A stretch of DNA of 63,795 nucleotides, the filler included, from Octopus bimaculoides (lineage: Eukaryota), in the NCBI RefSeq assembly GCF_001194135.2. It is 6 parts of 6 records of this genome, joined end to end, with 100 filler letters (N's around TTAATTAATTAA, not from the genome) between each part and the next. Parts side by side here need not be neighbours in the genome. Positions count along the whole stretch, not along the records: positions 1 to 28,502 come from NC_068992.1; positions 28,603 to 35,593 come from NC_068989.1; positions 35,694 to 54,037 come from NC_068995.1; 3 more parts are not named here. One strand, given 5' to 3'. The notes under the pieces are model-generated. The model did not search any database, had not been told where the DNA came from, and saw nothing but the letters and a program-made list of their open reading frames with translations. Each line of letters opens with the position of its first letter. Positions within the stretch are counted from its first letter, which is position 1. This document shows positions 26,446 through 39,372 of the stretch, one piece after another. A program made the position numbers and the translations under genes.

Positions 26446-26770
26446 ACTATAATTTAAAACCCCAAAATGAAAATAGTAGTATCGATTATGGTGGGTTGAA
26501 TAGAATGAATAGTGCTAGCACTTCTAATGAAAATATTATGGATTGTAATTCCAGTACATATATCGACATGGAAACCATTTGCATGCCTGATGATGCAGAG
26601 GCAATTTTATATGTTAGTACGATTGAAGTGGAGTTAGAAAATAACAGGCGTGAACATAACATACTTGATAATAGAATTATTAATAGCGAAAATAATACCA
26701 ATACAAATTTAAATAAAAAAATAACAATTTAAATCTTAGTAATGATAATATTAATGATAATAATTCTCTT

Positions 26771-27150
26771 AGTTGTACTTCTGGGGTTAAATCCCGCTGT
26801 CCGTTATTAGGCCGATGCCTTACCCAGAATGTAGCATATAAATGCATAATAATAACTAAAACTAATAATTATATTTACTTCGGTTGGTCGATTAATTTGA
26901 AATAGCGTATATACAGTCACTTGTGGTATTTTAAACTTAAACATAAGGCGAATTGTACGTCTTTATTCAGTAAAATTTGGGAATTGAAAGAAAGTGGAAT
27001 TAGGTTTTAGTATCAAATGGCAAATAATAAGAAAATCTCAGCCTTATAGAAACAGTAGATATGAGTGTGAGCTCTGTTCTATGGAAACATATGAAATTTT
27101 TAAGCATAAAGAAAATAATAACCTGATTAATAACAGATTATACCTTAGGG
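26771..27150 (+). mobile_element. Penelope-like element GIY-YIG endonuclease remnant
   Basis: SCTSGVKSRCPLLGRCLTQNVAYKC...YIYFG...RIYSH...TSLFSKIWELKE, frameshift, then SIKWQIIRKSQPY...CELCSMETYEI...LINNR; matches the PLE C-terminal CPLxGxCL...Y...Y(I)G...IW.LK...W.I...C.LC..E pattern. Confidence 0.8.
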
Positions 27151-27571
27151 CATTGCGTGTACATATTCCACACGTACTTTTAAATATTTTAGAAAGTAAC
27201 ATTTTATTAATCTTGTGATTGAAAACCTGTAATGTAATTCTTAGTTTATAATCGGTGCATATGTAGCATGACCTATAGCATTAATTTTCCTTTAGTTAAT
27301 ATTGGCTTGCAGTCAGTATAGAGACAAGCTAATTAGGTAAATAAAATATTTTAGTTTCAGATACTTGAATTATTACATATTTTCTATAAATGTACTTTAT
27401 TGAAGTTAAGAAGTCGTATATCTACTTCATTGTGATTTTAGTGATTAAGCTATTTTATATCCTTTTCTATGGTGTTTCTACTCTACCTGACCATCTTAAT
27501 ACCTTATAATTGCCTGTAGACAAACCTAAATTTGTGTACCCCTATAAATTCATTCTTCGCTTATAATATAC

Positions 27572-28104
27572 AATTATGGGTATCTGCATATCTTAAAATG
27601 AAACTGCTTAGATTATAATTTAACTAATCTATAGTAAATTGTGTCTCTCACCTCAATGATAAATCTTCCTGATAGCCCTAAATTTTAACTTTACCCAATA
27701 GTGAAATTATTTTACTTAAATTATTATCCATTTTTTATAAAAATTTGCTATTGAAATTAATAAGGTATAGAGTAGAGTCGCGTCAAACAGATTAAGATAA
27801 ACTTACTTGTAGATGTCTGCTCTCTTAAGTCTACACAATTATGAGTATCTTCATATCTTAAAATTAAACTGCTTAGATTATAATTTAACTAATTTATAGT
27901 AAATTTTGTCCCTCACCTCAATGATAAATCTTCCTGATAACCCTACATTTCAACTTTACTACCCAATAATGACATTCTTTTCATCACATTATTATAAATT
28001 TTCTATAAATATTTGTTATTGAAATTAATAAGGTATAGAGTAGAGTCGCATCAAACAGATTAAGATAAACTTACTTGTAAATGTCTGCTCTCGCAAGTCT
28101 ACAC
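27572..28104. repeat. Tandem duplication of a ~265-bp unit (27572-27836, 27837-28104)
   Basis: Both units run aattatg.gtatct.catatcttaaaat...cacctcaatgataaatcttcctgata...ggtatagagtagagtcgc.tcaaacagattaagataaac...aagtctacac, with scattered substitutions and small indels. Confidence 0.9.
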
Positions 28105-28199
28105 CTAACGGATAATGCCCTTTATTCTCTAAGCCTTAGATATACAAGATTTGATACAATAGTTGATAAATTAAAACTGACCCCGTAAAAACAAATAAA

Positions 28200-28480
28200 A
28201 ACAGTGAGAGGCAGAGTCTTCTTCACAATTTATTTATTAACTACTTTGGTGTAGTAGAAGCAACATGTTCTTTGTCTATCTCCTTAACTTCTTGGAGATT
28301 TTAGGCATAGTTATAATAATGTGTCCATCTGTTCTAAATTAACTAAATTCAATGTCTTTGTGCAGCTGGGAATTGATCTACATCTTAAATTGATGCAATG
28401 AGTACGTTGTTCAATTAAATAGACTTGCATGAAACGATCGCACTGCATTACTTCTGGATATCCTTGTTGCCTATTTTGAT
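28200..28480 (-). mobile_element. Possible non-LTR retrotransposon C-terminal fragment
   Basis: Minus-strand translation RCRS...CTKTLNL...LC...CFYYTK loosely resembles LINE C-terminal Cys/His regions; heavily decayed. Confidence 0.3.
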
Positions 28481-28649
28481 TTCATATATATATATATATA
28501 TANNNNNNNNNNNNNNNNNNNNNNNNNNNNNNNNNNNNNNNNNNNNTTAATTAATTAANNNNNNNNNNNNNNNNNNNNNNNNNNNNNNNNNNNNNNNNNN
28601 NNGTGTATGTGTATGTGTATGTGTGTGAGGGTATATGTGTATGTGTGTA

Positions 28650-30858
28650 TGGGGTTGATGGGGCTCGTTAGCTGTGGTGAAAGCAACTCTTCATGGAGGT
28701 GGACACTCTGACATAAAACCAGGTCATGGTAATTGGTTGCACTATCAAAGACATGACTGTTTGATGGGGGTAGACTGTTTGATGGGGGTAGGAGAATTTG
28801 TCTCTGAATTCAAATTGACTTACCACTGCTGGCTTGCAATCTCCTTTTGTGGAGAAGCCTAGGAGATGGTACTCCTATATAAAACTTGCAGTCAACTTAG
28901 TACTGGTCATCTTGATTTGTTAATCACTAGAATCTGCTAGTCTGACTCAGAGAGCGGCAAACGTGTTGCACACGCGTTTGTCACTGGAATTCAATGTTGT
29001 CCCGGACAAAATACCATCATCGTAGCCTGTTGGAATGTGAACACCATTTTAGATCGAGCAGATAAGCCTGAAGGAAGAACAGCCTTTGTAACTAAGGAGC
29101 TAAGGCATCTTAAAGTTGATATTGCAGCTCTTTGTGGAACAAGATATTTAGATGAAGATCATCTTGTTGAAAGAACAGCAGGTCTCAAATTATTCTGAGT
29201 TGGGAATCCGAGGGGAGAAAAAACGGATGGTGATGTAGCGTTTGCAATCAGAAGTGATTTGCTAAAGGACCTACAACAACCACAAAGCATATACAAACGC
29301 ATAATGAAACTCCGGATCCTCCTTTCTTGTCGATGTTTTGTGACTGTTTTATCTATTTGTGCTCTTACACTTTCAGCTAGCGAGGAAAATATCCATGCAT
29401 TTTATTAGGAGCTTAGAAGAAGTATTCTGTCAATGAGATGTTGACTGTGCACGATGACTTCAATGCACATGTTGGTAGATACTATGATGCTTGGAATGTA
29501 CTTGGGCGTAATGGAATAGGAGAGGTGAACACCAATGGGCTGTATCTGCTAAAAATGTGCTCTGAGCTAGGGCTGGTTGTTAGGAAAACTTTCTTTCATA
29601 ATAAGTTCAAGCATAAAGTTACCTGGATTCACCCAAGATCAAAGCAGATTCATATGATTGACTTTGCATTAACAAGGAAAGCTGACTTACAAGATTTGTG
29701 CAGCAGTNNNNNNNNNNAGGGTATTGCGAGGTGTTGATTGTGATACTGATATGAAAATGGTAAGAGCTAAGTTCAAATTGATGATCCGCAAAAGGATTCG
29801 TAGTGCAGATGTATGAGTACCAAAGAGAATTGTTGCAGAGCAGCCAAAGCAACCACAAGTTTTGCAGTTATTTTAGGAAAGATGCAGCAATGTTTCATTT
29901 TGACAGTTCATGGTAATCTTTTGGGGATGGAATATATAAAATGGGATCAAAGGTGATGAGTTTTAAAAAGAGACGGCACCGACACTAGATTGATTCCAAT
30001 GATATGGTGATAAATGAGCTTTTTTCAACAAAGAGATCCACTCATGAAATGCTTCTTGACCCAAAGGTAAATAACAAAGTGCAACTAGAAAAGTTGTTCA
30101 AGTTTAGGAAAGCAGAATTGCGAAAAGAACTCTGGAGGCTTAAGGATACTTGGTGGAGAAATTTATCCGCGGAGGTACAAGTGGCCTATGACAAGAAAGG
30201 CATTCACCGATTTTATAGTTCATTGCTGCAAGCTTTTGGACCCCACTCTTTATCATCTGTCCCCTCGAAGTCAAAAGATGGAAATGAGTTTATTAAAGAT
30301 CCTCCTGGAATAATGAGTAAAAGGAGAGAACACTTTGCAGATATTTTCCACAATCTTTCTGTAGTGAACATGGATATCATAAACAACATTCCACAAAACA
30401 AGATAGTGCAACACATGAATGATATGCTTTCCATTGAAGAAGTAAATCTGGCATTATATAAACTGAGATCAGGTAAAGCTNNNNNNNNNNNNNNNNNNNN
30501 NNNNNNNNNNNNNNNNNNNNNNNNNNNNNNNNNNNNNNNNNNNNNNNNNNNNNNNNNNNNNNAAATTCATAGCCTGATAACTCGAGTTTGGAATGAATCA
30601 TCTGTGTCAAAGGAATGAACAAGTGATATTCTAATATCTATATACAAGGGTAATGGCTCAAAAGCAGTGTGTGGTGATTCTAGAGGGATAACTCCCTTGG
30701 CACATACCAGAAAGATACTTTCAAGGATCATGTTAGCTCGTCTCGTTGAGAATGTATTTTCACACGTGATTCCCGAAGAACAGTGTGATTTCAGACCTGA
30801 GCGAGTAACAATGGACATGATATGTTCTGCAAGGCAGGTTCAGAAGAAATGCCTAGAG
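28650..30858 (+). mobile_element. RTE-clade LINE remnant (5' region, AP endonuclease, linker, start of RT)
   Basis: IVACWNVNT (29019), DFNAHVG, GIGEVNTNGLYLL, TWIHPRSKQIHMIDF, LRSGKA, CGDSRGI...EEQCDFRPERVTMDMICSARQVQKKCLEQ; interrupted at 30858 by a hAT end. Confidence 0.85.
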
Positions 30859-32505
30859 CAGCGTTTCTCAACCGGGGTTCCCCGTAATCCTAGGGTTCTG
30901 CAAAAGGCTCCTGAGTGTTCCACGAGAAAGTGTGAGATAAGCTAATGCTAATTTCATGATCGTCATATTACTATACAGGCACAACATATTGGTTATTGTA
31001 ATATTGTAATATAGACATCATCCTATCTNNNNNNNNNNNNNNNNNNNNNNNNNNNNNNNNNNNNNNNNNNNNNNNNNNNNNNNNNNNNNNNNNNNNNNNN
31101 NNNNNNNNNNNNNNNNNNNNNNNNNNNNNNNGTCTTTATATTTACAGAAACACCTAATAACCCAATGTGGCAGTTTTTGTAGAGGAAACATTCAGAAAAT
31201 TCTGGTGAGTCTAGTGATGAAGAGCCACAAGCTGCTGACGAATTCCACTGCACTAGTAGTTCAGCAACGGAAAGAAAGAAGATACGTCTTTATTATGAAA
31301 GTTACTTATCAATGGGCTTCACGTGGACCGGTTATCCAAGCTCTCCTATTCCATTGGGCGTCGTCTGTGGCAAACAACTTTCAAATGCAGCAATGCCCCT
31401 AGCTAAACTAAAAATACACTTCACACTAAATTACAGTCGTATGAAAAGTCAGGGTGCAGATCTTTTTAAAGGCTGTTGAAATCTCAGAGGAAACAGAGTA
31501 CAGCATTTGATAGTAAGGTTAGCGTCAGTAAAAAGGCTCTTGAAGCAAGTTATTTGGTAGCAGGAATTATTGGACAGAAAAAGAAAAGACATACGGTAAG
31601 AATTTAATACTGCCAGCTTGTAAAATTATAACAGACAGTAAAATGCTTGGGCAAAATGCACTGCAAGAAATTAAAAGTGTTCCACTTTCAGATGGTACAA
31701 TACGTCGACGCATTGATGACACGGCACATGACATTGAGGAGGTTTTGCGTGACAAAATGAAAAATAGCAGTTTTTCTATTCAGGTTGATGAGTCAACAGA
31801 TCTTACCAATAACTGTCATGTAGATTTTGTAAGATTTGTCAATGAGGGTGAAATTCAAGAAAATTTCCTATGCTNNNNNNNNNNAGATTTGTCAATGAGG
31901 GTGAAATTCAAGAAAATTTCCTATGCTGCAAAGACCTGCCTGAAACAAGAAAAGGAATAGATATATTCAACATTTTGTCCTCATATTCGTAAATAAGAGG
32001 TCTCTCTCGAAAGGACTGTGTTGGCATTTGTACTAATGGTGCCCCATCAATGGTTGGCTCCATAAAAGGTTTTGTTTCTCTTGTAAAACAAGAAAANNNN
32101 NNNNNNCAATGGTTGGCTCCATAAAAGGTTTTGTTTCTCTTGTAAAACAAGAAAATCTTGATATAATCGCAATACATTTCTTTCTTCATAGAGAGGCCTT
32201 GGTTTCAAAATCAATTGGAGTTGAATTGAGAAACGTTTTTCACGATGCTACAAAAATAGTCAACTCTAGTAAACAAAGGCCAGTTCACTCCAGAATGTTT
32301 AAAAGACTGTGTCAAAAGCTGAACAAAGAATACATAAATCTATTGCTATATACGGAAATCCGGTGGTTAAGTAGAGGAAAAGATTTAAATCGGCTGTTTG
32401 AGCTAAGAGATGAGTTGCAGAAATACTTTCAAGAAACCAACAAGATTTTGCTGAGTGCTTTGCAGATGGAAAATGGCTATAGAGGCTAAGCTACTTATCA
32501 GATTC
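30859..32505 (+). mobile_element. hAT transposon, Buster/Charlie group (ZBED5/FAM200-like transposase), decayed
   Basis: Left TIR cagcgtttctcaaccggggttcc preceded by gcctagag (NNNTANNN); BED-like YLSMGFTW...VVCGKQLSN, IQVDESTD, CTNGAPSMVG, HFFLHREAL, LLYTEIRWLSRG; right end lost at a gap. Confidence 0.85.
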
Positions 32506-32516
32506 NNNNNNNNNNG

Positions 32517-32632
32517 CGGTGCATTGTGTGCGTATCTATGGAGTGCTCATCCAGTTCCACGTTATCACGAGCAGGCTGTTCTGTACTTGGATCAACTAGA
32601 AACCTCATCGTCGTAAGCGACGGAGAGCCAGT
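32517..32632 (+). mobile_element. SINE family S3, 3' fragment
   Basis: ggagtgctca.cca.ttc.acgtt...cacgagcaggctgttc...ggatcaact.gaa.cctcatcgtcgtaa.cgacggag.gcca is the reverse complement of the copies at 50754 and 56578. Confidence 0.75.
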
Positions 32633-33594
32633 TAAAGGATTGGTTATGGTCATATATTACCTTCTTNNNNNNNNNNNNNNNNNNNNNNNNNNNNNNNNNN
32701 NNNNNNNNNNNNCTTCTTCTTCTTCTTCTTCTTCTTCTTCTTCTTCTTCTTCTTCTGCTCTCGTCATCTCTGCCTTCCTCCTACTGCTTTTTCATCCCCC
32801 AGCAATATTTTTATCTGCTATGGTAGTGACACTTTCTTTTTCCGGTCCGTCATTTCACATACTATTTGCATTTTAATCTCTACATATACCGTTTGTTTCC
32901 TCCCGATATAAGCAAAACACAAAGCCTGTCAAGCGCACTACGTAAGAGCGCACCTTTGACGCAGTTCTAGGGAAGTGCCACTCTAATGTTTAGAACCACA
33001 AAAATTACGTAAAATTCATTTGGAACTAATGTATGAACTGGTAGTGGAAGCAGANNNNNNNNNNTACGTAAAATTCATTTGGAACTAATGTATGAACTGG
33101 TAGTGGAAGCAGACTTGGTACAGAAATAATAGTAACTAGTGATTAAAGACGTGATAAAATTTTGGTGAGGCGTTATTTGATGGAGGAAGCAGGTTAAGGA
33201 GGGGGTTAACACCTTTTAAAGAGCACGTAATTTTATCGTGCTGCTCCAGAACGCACTGCTANNNNNNNNNNNNNNNNNNNNNNNNNNNNNNNNNNNNNNN
33301 NNNNNNNNNNNNNNNNNNNNNNNNNNNNNNNNNNNNNNNNNNNNNNNNNNNNNNNNNNNNNNNNNNNNNNNNNNNNNNNNNNNNNNNNNNNNNNNNNNNN
33401 NNNNNNNNNNNNNNNNNNNNNNNNNNNNNNNATCGCAAGTGCAAAATAGAATTTAGTCTTAGAGCGCACAATGTTGCTAAAGGTCAGCAATGGTCTCCCT
33501 CGGTCATGAGTGGACGGCCATCATATATATATATGAGGANNNNNNNNNNTGGTCTCCCTCGGTCATGAGTGGACGGCCATCATATATATATATG

Positions 33595-33800
33595 AGGAGT
33601 GGCTGTATGGTAAGTAGCTTGCTTACCAACTACGTGGTTCTGGGTTAAGTCTCAATGCGTAGCACCTTGGGCAAGTGCCTTCTACTGTAGCCTCAGGCCG
33701 ACCAAAACCTTGAGAGTAGATCTGGTAGACGGAAACTGAAAGAAGCCCGTTGTATATATATGTGTGTGTGTGNNNNNNNNNNACTGAAAGAAGCCCGTTG

Positions 33801-33831
<31 letters not shown>

Positions 33832-34146
33832 TTGTGTGTGTGCGCGCGCGTCTGTGTTTGTTTTTATGTATGTATATCTGTTTTTGTGTGCTTATGTTTG
33901 TGTGTCTGTGTCTGTCCACCCGCCATCGCTTGACAACCGATGCTGGTGTGTTTACGTCCCCGNNNNNNNNNNACCGATGCTGGTGTGTTTACGTCCCCGT
34001 AACTTAGCGGTTCGGCAAAGCTGAACGATAGAATAAGTACTAGCCTTACAAAGAATAAGTCCTGGGGACGATTTGTTCGAAAAAAGCTCCAGCATGTCCG
34101 CAGTCAAATGAGTGAAACAAGTAAAAGAATAAAAGAATAAAAGAAA
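33595..34146 (+). mobile_element. SINE family A, full length (contains assembly overlaps)
   Basis: Head, internal (TA)(TG) tract, 3' half and (TAAAAGAA)n tail, colinear with 46455-46866. Confidence 0.85.
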
Positions 34147-35694
34147 TATATATATATATATATTTAAGGAAGGGGTACCTATAGTTAATGGTTCAGTNNN
34201 NNNNNNNNNNNNNNNNNNNNNNNNNNNNNNNNNNNNNNNNNNNNNNNNNNNNNNNNNNNNNNNNNNNNNNNNNNNNNNNNNNNNNNNNNNNNNNNNNNNN
34301 NNNNNNNNNNNNNNNNNNNNNNNNNNNNNNNNNNNNNNNNNNNNNNNNNNNNNNNNNNNNNNNNNNNNNNNTAATAATAATAAAAATAATAACAATAATA
34401 ATAAGAAGAACAATAACAATAGCAATAATAATAGTAGGAGAAGAGTGTGTGAGCACGCACAATAGCAAGGACAGAAGCAGAGCATAGAGAAAGAATTGTA
34501 ATAAAGATGTAAGCGGCAGCTGAGAGGTTTGCTACCTAGACCTAGAAACAACTCAATGTAGAATGGATGAATGAGAGGTAAGCAACAGTTAATATAGTAC
34601 AGTACAACACAGCCAAATGCTTAGATCTCCAAACACAATATAGGTGCATGACTCAACAATAATAAGGGTGGATATGAAATTAANNNNNNNNNNTATAGGT
34701 GCATGACTCAACAATAATAAGGGTGGATATGAAATTAAAATAGGAACTGAGAATAAAATAACAAATTGAGCATTTAGTAGGAGGGATGAGGTTCAAATCT
34801 TAGTATAAAACCCATAGAGGATAATGGTAACAGCATAGAATGATAATATATTGAAATATTACTGAATATACTAGTGAAGGAGCTTGAAAGGATTCCTAGG
34901 AGCAAGGATTTCTGGACAGAACTCCCTTAGCCAAATAATGAGACACAGCAATAATGTAAAACAAAATAAGAGCAACGAGAACCTCCTAGGGGCAACAAAA
35001 ATAATCTACCCATCGGAGATAATTAGTAGTCATTAAAAATAAATAAATATTAAAAAATAAATTAATAAATAAATTAATAAATAAGTAAATAAAATAAATT
35101 AATCTAGTAGACACTCACAGGAGAGCGGTAACAATNNNNNNNNNNNNNNNNNNNNNNNNNNNNNNNNNNNNNNNNNNNNNNNNNNNNNNNNNNNNNNNNN
35201 NNNNNNNNNNNNNNNNNNNNNNNNNNNNNNNNNNNNNNNNNNNNNNNNNNNNNNNNNNNNNNNNNNNNNNNNNNNNNNNNNNNNNNNNNNAATAAATTAA
35301 TCTAGTAGACACTCACAGGAGAGCGGTAACAATAGAAAAGGTTAAGGAGTTACCTCCCCTGTATTTAATACACCTAATACCCAAAATAAACGAAGACAGC
35401 ATGGAGGTACAGTCGAATAATTCTTAATAATCTGTTATGATCGNNNNNNNNNNGACAGCATGGAGGTACAGTCGAATAATTCTTAATAATCTGTTATGAT
35501 CGTAATTTGTGTTTTTTCGTAATTTGTTCTGATGTAACCCACCCCTGAGGAAGTGCCAAACGTCAGACATCCAATGGATCAGTCGCTGGATAGNNNNNNN
35601 NNNNNNNNNNNNNNNNNNNNNNNNNNNNNNNNNNNNNTTAATTAATTAANNNNNNNNNNNNNNNNNNNNNNNNNNNNNNNNNNNNNNNNNNNNT

Positions 35695-35702
35695 ATAGAG
35701 AG

Positions 35703-35734
<32 letters not shown>

Positions 35735-35770
35735 TGATAGATAGATAGATAGATAAATAGAGATAGATAG
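35695..35770. repeat. (GATA)n microsatellite; others include (GAAA)n 36228-36290, (GATA)n 37375-37415, (TACA)n 20605-20670, (TATG)n 63190-63255
   Basis: Directly visible. Confidence 0.95.
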
Positions 35771-35785
35771 ACACATGAACAAACG

Positions 35786-35825
<40 letters not shown>

Positions 35826-37276
35826 CGTGCATATTTGAGTGCGTGACTGTGTAATTACCAGAAACGTGTTGTAACTATGTCACACTTTGCGCTCGTCCGT
35901 AATTGTGTGTCTGTGTGTGCGAGAGGAGAAAGTGAATGCGAGTTATGTGTGTCTGTGTGTGGTTTTGTGGTTGTGTAGGTATGCCTCGCTGGCTGCTCTC
36001 ATCTGTGTGTGTAACATTGTTGTGCGAATGTGAAAGACAGAAGGGAGAAAAAGAGAGTGTATGTGTGTGTAGGAGAGAGATAAGGTGTGAGTGCGTGTGC
36101 GTGTGTGTGAGAGAGAGAGAGAGAAAGAGAGAAAGTGTGTGTACGAATATGTTGTGACTACGTAGTTTCGTTGTTTTTGTGATACACTATATGATTTTGT
36201 CTGTATATAAATGTATGTGTGTGTGTGAAAGAAAGAAAGAAAGAAAGAAAGAAAGAACGAAGGAAAGGAAGAAAGAAAGAAAGAAAGAAAGCGTGTGAAT
36301 GCGCGTGTAGCTGTTCGAAATTAGATTCTAAGGATTTTTATAAACATAAAATGACGACTGTAAAAAAAAAATGGGCGTCGTGTGTAATCATAGCTTCTGT
36401 TTATGTTTGATATAAACCGATAACTTTCCAACGTGAAATCGATATATTAAAAAAAAAAAGGGCGAAGGGGTGAATCGATAATATACGAGAGTATAAATAG
36501 GTATTTTTATATCGCATATTGCTCAGAACACTCATTCTATTGCTTGTGTTCGACCATCGCTTTTTCAATGGGGGTCTCTCTTTCTCCCTTTCTGCATTTC
36601 TCTCTCTGTCTTCGAACAAATATTAAGGTTAATACTACGCATTTAACATCTGATTCGTGAAGATAAAACATTGTTGAATTAAATCAGTTGCTTTTAAATT
36701 GTTTTTTTTTTGGTTGTTAGTTAATGCAACACTAATTAAAACCAAACACTAATTAGATATTTATATAATTTAAAAAAAAATGTGTTTTCACGACTTTTAA
36801 ATGTTGGTTACAAAACTCCGTAAAAGACCAGGGATCCTTTCTACGCACTCGAGTAAATGAAAATATTATTTCATAGAAACCTTTGTCATATTCCTCTTAA
36901 ATAAATTCTACTTTAAATGTGAACTGGCAGTTTTAATATCTTTATTAGTGTGGGGGGTTATTTTTTTCTTCCTTTTTCTATTTTCTATTTTCAAATTTAT
37001 AAGTTATTAATTTCATAAAATAAACAATAACTNNNNNNNNNNNNNNNNNNNNNNNNNNNNNNNNNNNNNNNNNNNNNNNNNNNNNNNNNNNNNNNNNNNN
37101 NNNNNNNNNNNNNNNNNNNNNNNNNNNNNNNNNNNNNNNNNNNNNNNNNNNNNNNNNNNNNNNNNNNNNNNNNNNNNNNNNNNNNNNNNNNNNNNNNNNN
37201 NNNNNNNNNNNNNNNNNNNNNNNNNNNNNNNNNNNNNNNNNNNNNNNNNNNNNNNNNNNNNNNNNNNNNNNNNNNN

Positions 37277-37339
<63 letters not shown>

Positions 37340-37371
37340 ACACACACACACACAAACATATATATATATAT

Positions 37372-37416
<45 letters not shown>

Positions 37417-37855
37417 ATTACGTGTTTAGAAGTGACGCTCACTAGAATCCAATACGTATTCACACATTAAAACAAACAGAAATAGCTTCGTGTATTGTTG
37501 AAGTTACAAGTACACAGGAGCAGAACACAATAAACAGATTAAGTTAAAGTCATTTGCTATGTTTAACAAAAAAAGGTCAAACCGATAAAAGGTTAGTTTT
37601 GTAGGTGCGTGTGTGAGTATGCATATTGTATATGTGTGTGTGTGTGTGTGTTTTAATAGAAGCCCGCTTTCTTTAAAAGCTCGTCTTTCATGTAAACTAA
37701 GTATGATATAGAATGAAAACGCTTTTTTTTTTTTATTTCTTCCGCTTTGTATATTAATTAACACGTTTATAATAACGATTACTGCTAGATAAAACACCTC
37801 TTAAAAAAAGAAAGCGAGTAGGGTGAGAAAGAGAGAGAGGGGAAATAAAAAAAAA

Positions 37856-37980
37856 TTCCGCGAAAAAAATATTACAAGAAAACAGTGACGTGTATCATAT
37901 CAGAACTGTAAATTACTCATGTGGCGACCCTGTCAAGCTTTCGCGCGTTTAATGCGTAGATTCGCGCAATTTTCGGGACT
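37856..37980. promoter_or_regulatory. CpG-rich patch with E2F-like and CRE-like motifs
   Basis: ccgcgaaaa (~37859), tttcgcgc (37939-37946), ttcgcgc (37961-37967) and tgacgt (37886-37891) in an otherwise CpG-poor window; runs into a gap. Confidence 0.25.
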
Positions 37981-38628
37981 NNNNNNNNNNNNNNNNNNNN
38001 NNNNNNNNNNNNNNNNNNNNNNNNNNNNNNNNNNNNNNNNNNNNNNNNNNNNNNNNNNNNNNNNNNNNNNNNNNNNNNNNNNNNNNNNNNNNNNNNNNNN
38101 NNNNNNNNNNNNNNNNNNNNNNNNNNNNNNNNNNNNNNNNNNNNNNNNNNNNNNNNNNNNNNNNNNNNNNNNNNNNNNNNNNNNNNNNNNNNNNNNNNNN
38201 NNNNNNNNNNNNNNNNNNNNNNNNNNNNNNNNNNNNNNNNNNNNNNNNNNNNNNNNNNNNNNNNNNNNNNNNNNNNNNNNNNNNNNNNNNNNNNNNNNNN
38301 NNNNNNNNNNNNNNNNNNNNNNNNNNNNNNNNNNNNNNNNNNNNNNNNNNNNNNNNNNNNNNNNNNNNNNNNNNNNNNNNNNNNNNNNNNNNNNNNNNNN
38401 NNNNNNNNNNNNNNNNNNNNNNNNNNNNNNNNNNNNNNNNNNNNNNNNNNNNNNNNNNNNNNNNNNNNNNNNNNNNNNNNNNNNNNNNNNNNNNNNNNNN
38501 NNNNNNNNNNNNNNNNNNNNNNNNNNNNNNNNNNNNNNNNNNNNNNNNNNNNNNNNNNNNNNNNNNNNNNNNNNNNNNNNNNNNNNNNNNNNNNNNNNNN
38601 NNNNNNNNNNNNNNNNNNNNNNNNNNNN

Positions 38629-38689
<61 letters not shown>

Positions 38690-39306
38690 CGTACATGTAC
38701 ATTGGTGGGTAGGTAGGTAGGTAGGGAGAGGGAGTACGTATGTAGGTAAAGTGTGCATGTATGTAGGTCGGTGCATATTTGTGCATTTATGTACGTGTAC
38801 GCATCTTTGATCTGCCTAGCAGTCATTCCAATTTCATTAAAACACTAAAATGGTTTGCTCTGTATGTATGTTTATAGCTTTTTAATGCTCGCTCCCGGCT
38901 TTAAATATGTTAACACGAACCTCTGTATCGCTCTATTTTAGCTTGAAAGTATGATTGATATACGTCTATAAACGTATGTGTCTATATTTGATTACATATG
39001 TAGATATAAAGCATATGTTTGCCTGTGTTTGTGTTTTGGTTTGTGGAGACGAGAGACGTTTTTATGTAAACGTATGTCTATTAGTTATGATACCCAGACA
39101 CACAAAAACTCATACGCACATTTATATATGTGTTAAATGTGTGTGTGTGTGTGTGTGCGTGTGTGCGCGCGCTTTATTAATAATTGGCAGAAGTTACAGA
39201 GTGACTGAAAGGTCTAGAGTTTCGTGCTAAAACAACTATCGAATTTTGATAAGTGCCAACGTACGATACTCATGTCTTGAGTTCTATTTTCCCCGTTTAC
39301 ATCACC

Positions 39307-39372
<66 letters not shown>

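Noticed and set aside
28547-28558. ttaattaattaa embedded in N runs (also 35638-35649, 54082-54093, 60156-60167, 62712-62723)
   Set aside because: A six-frame stop linker repeated identically in the middle of gaps; an assembly or submission artefact, not biology.
31830-31925. Short direct repeats on both sides of 10-N gaps (also near 32100, 33060, 33545, 33778, 33967, 34688, 35448, and around the 35136-35290 gap)
   Set aside because: Overlapping contig ends joined by fixed N spacers; not true tandem duplications.
35526-35568. ctgatgt...caaacgtcaga, hammerhead-like
   Set aside because: Two core positions are wrong (A9, G12), with no convincing stem II and a weak stem I.
36351-36410. Short ORF MTTVKKKWASCVIIASVYV resembling a signal anchor
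   Set aside because: Only 19 codons, no good splice donor and no recognisable homology.
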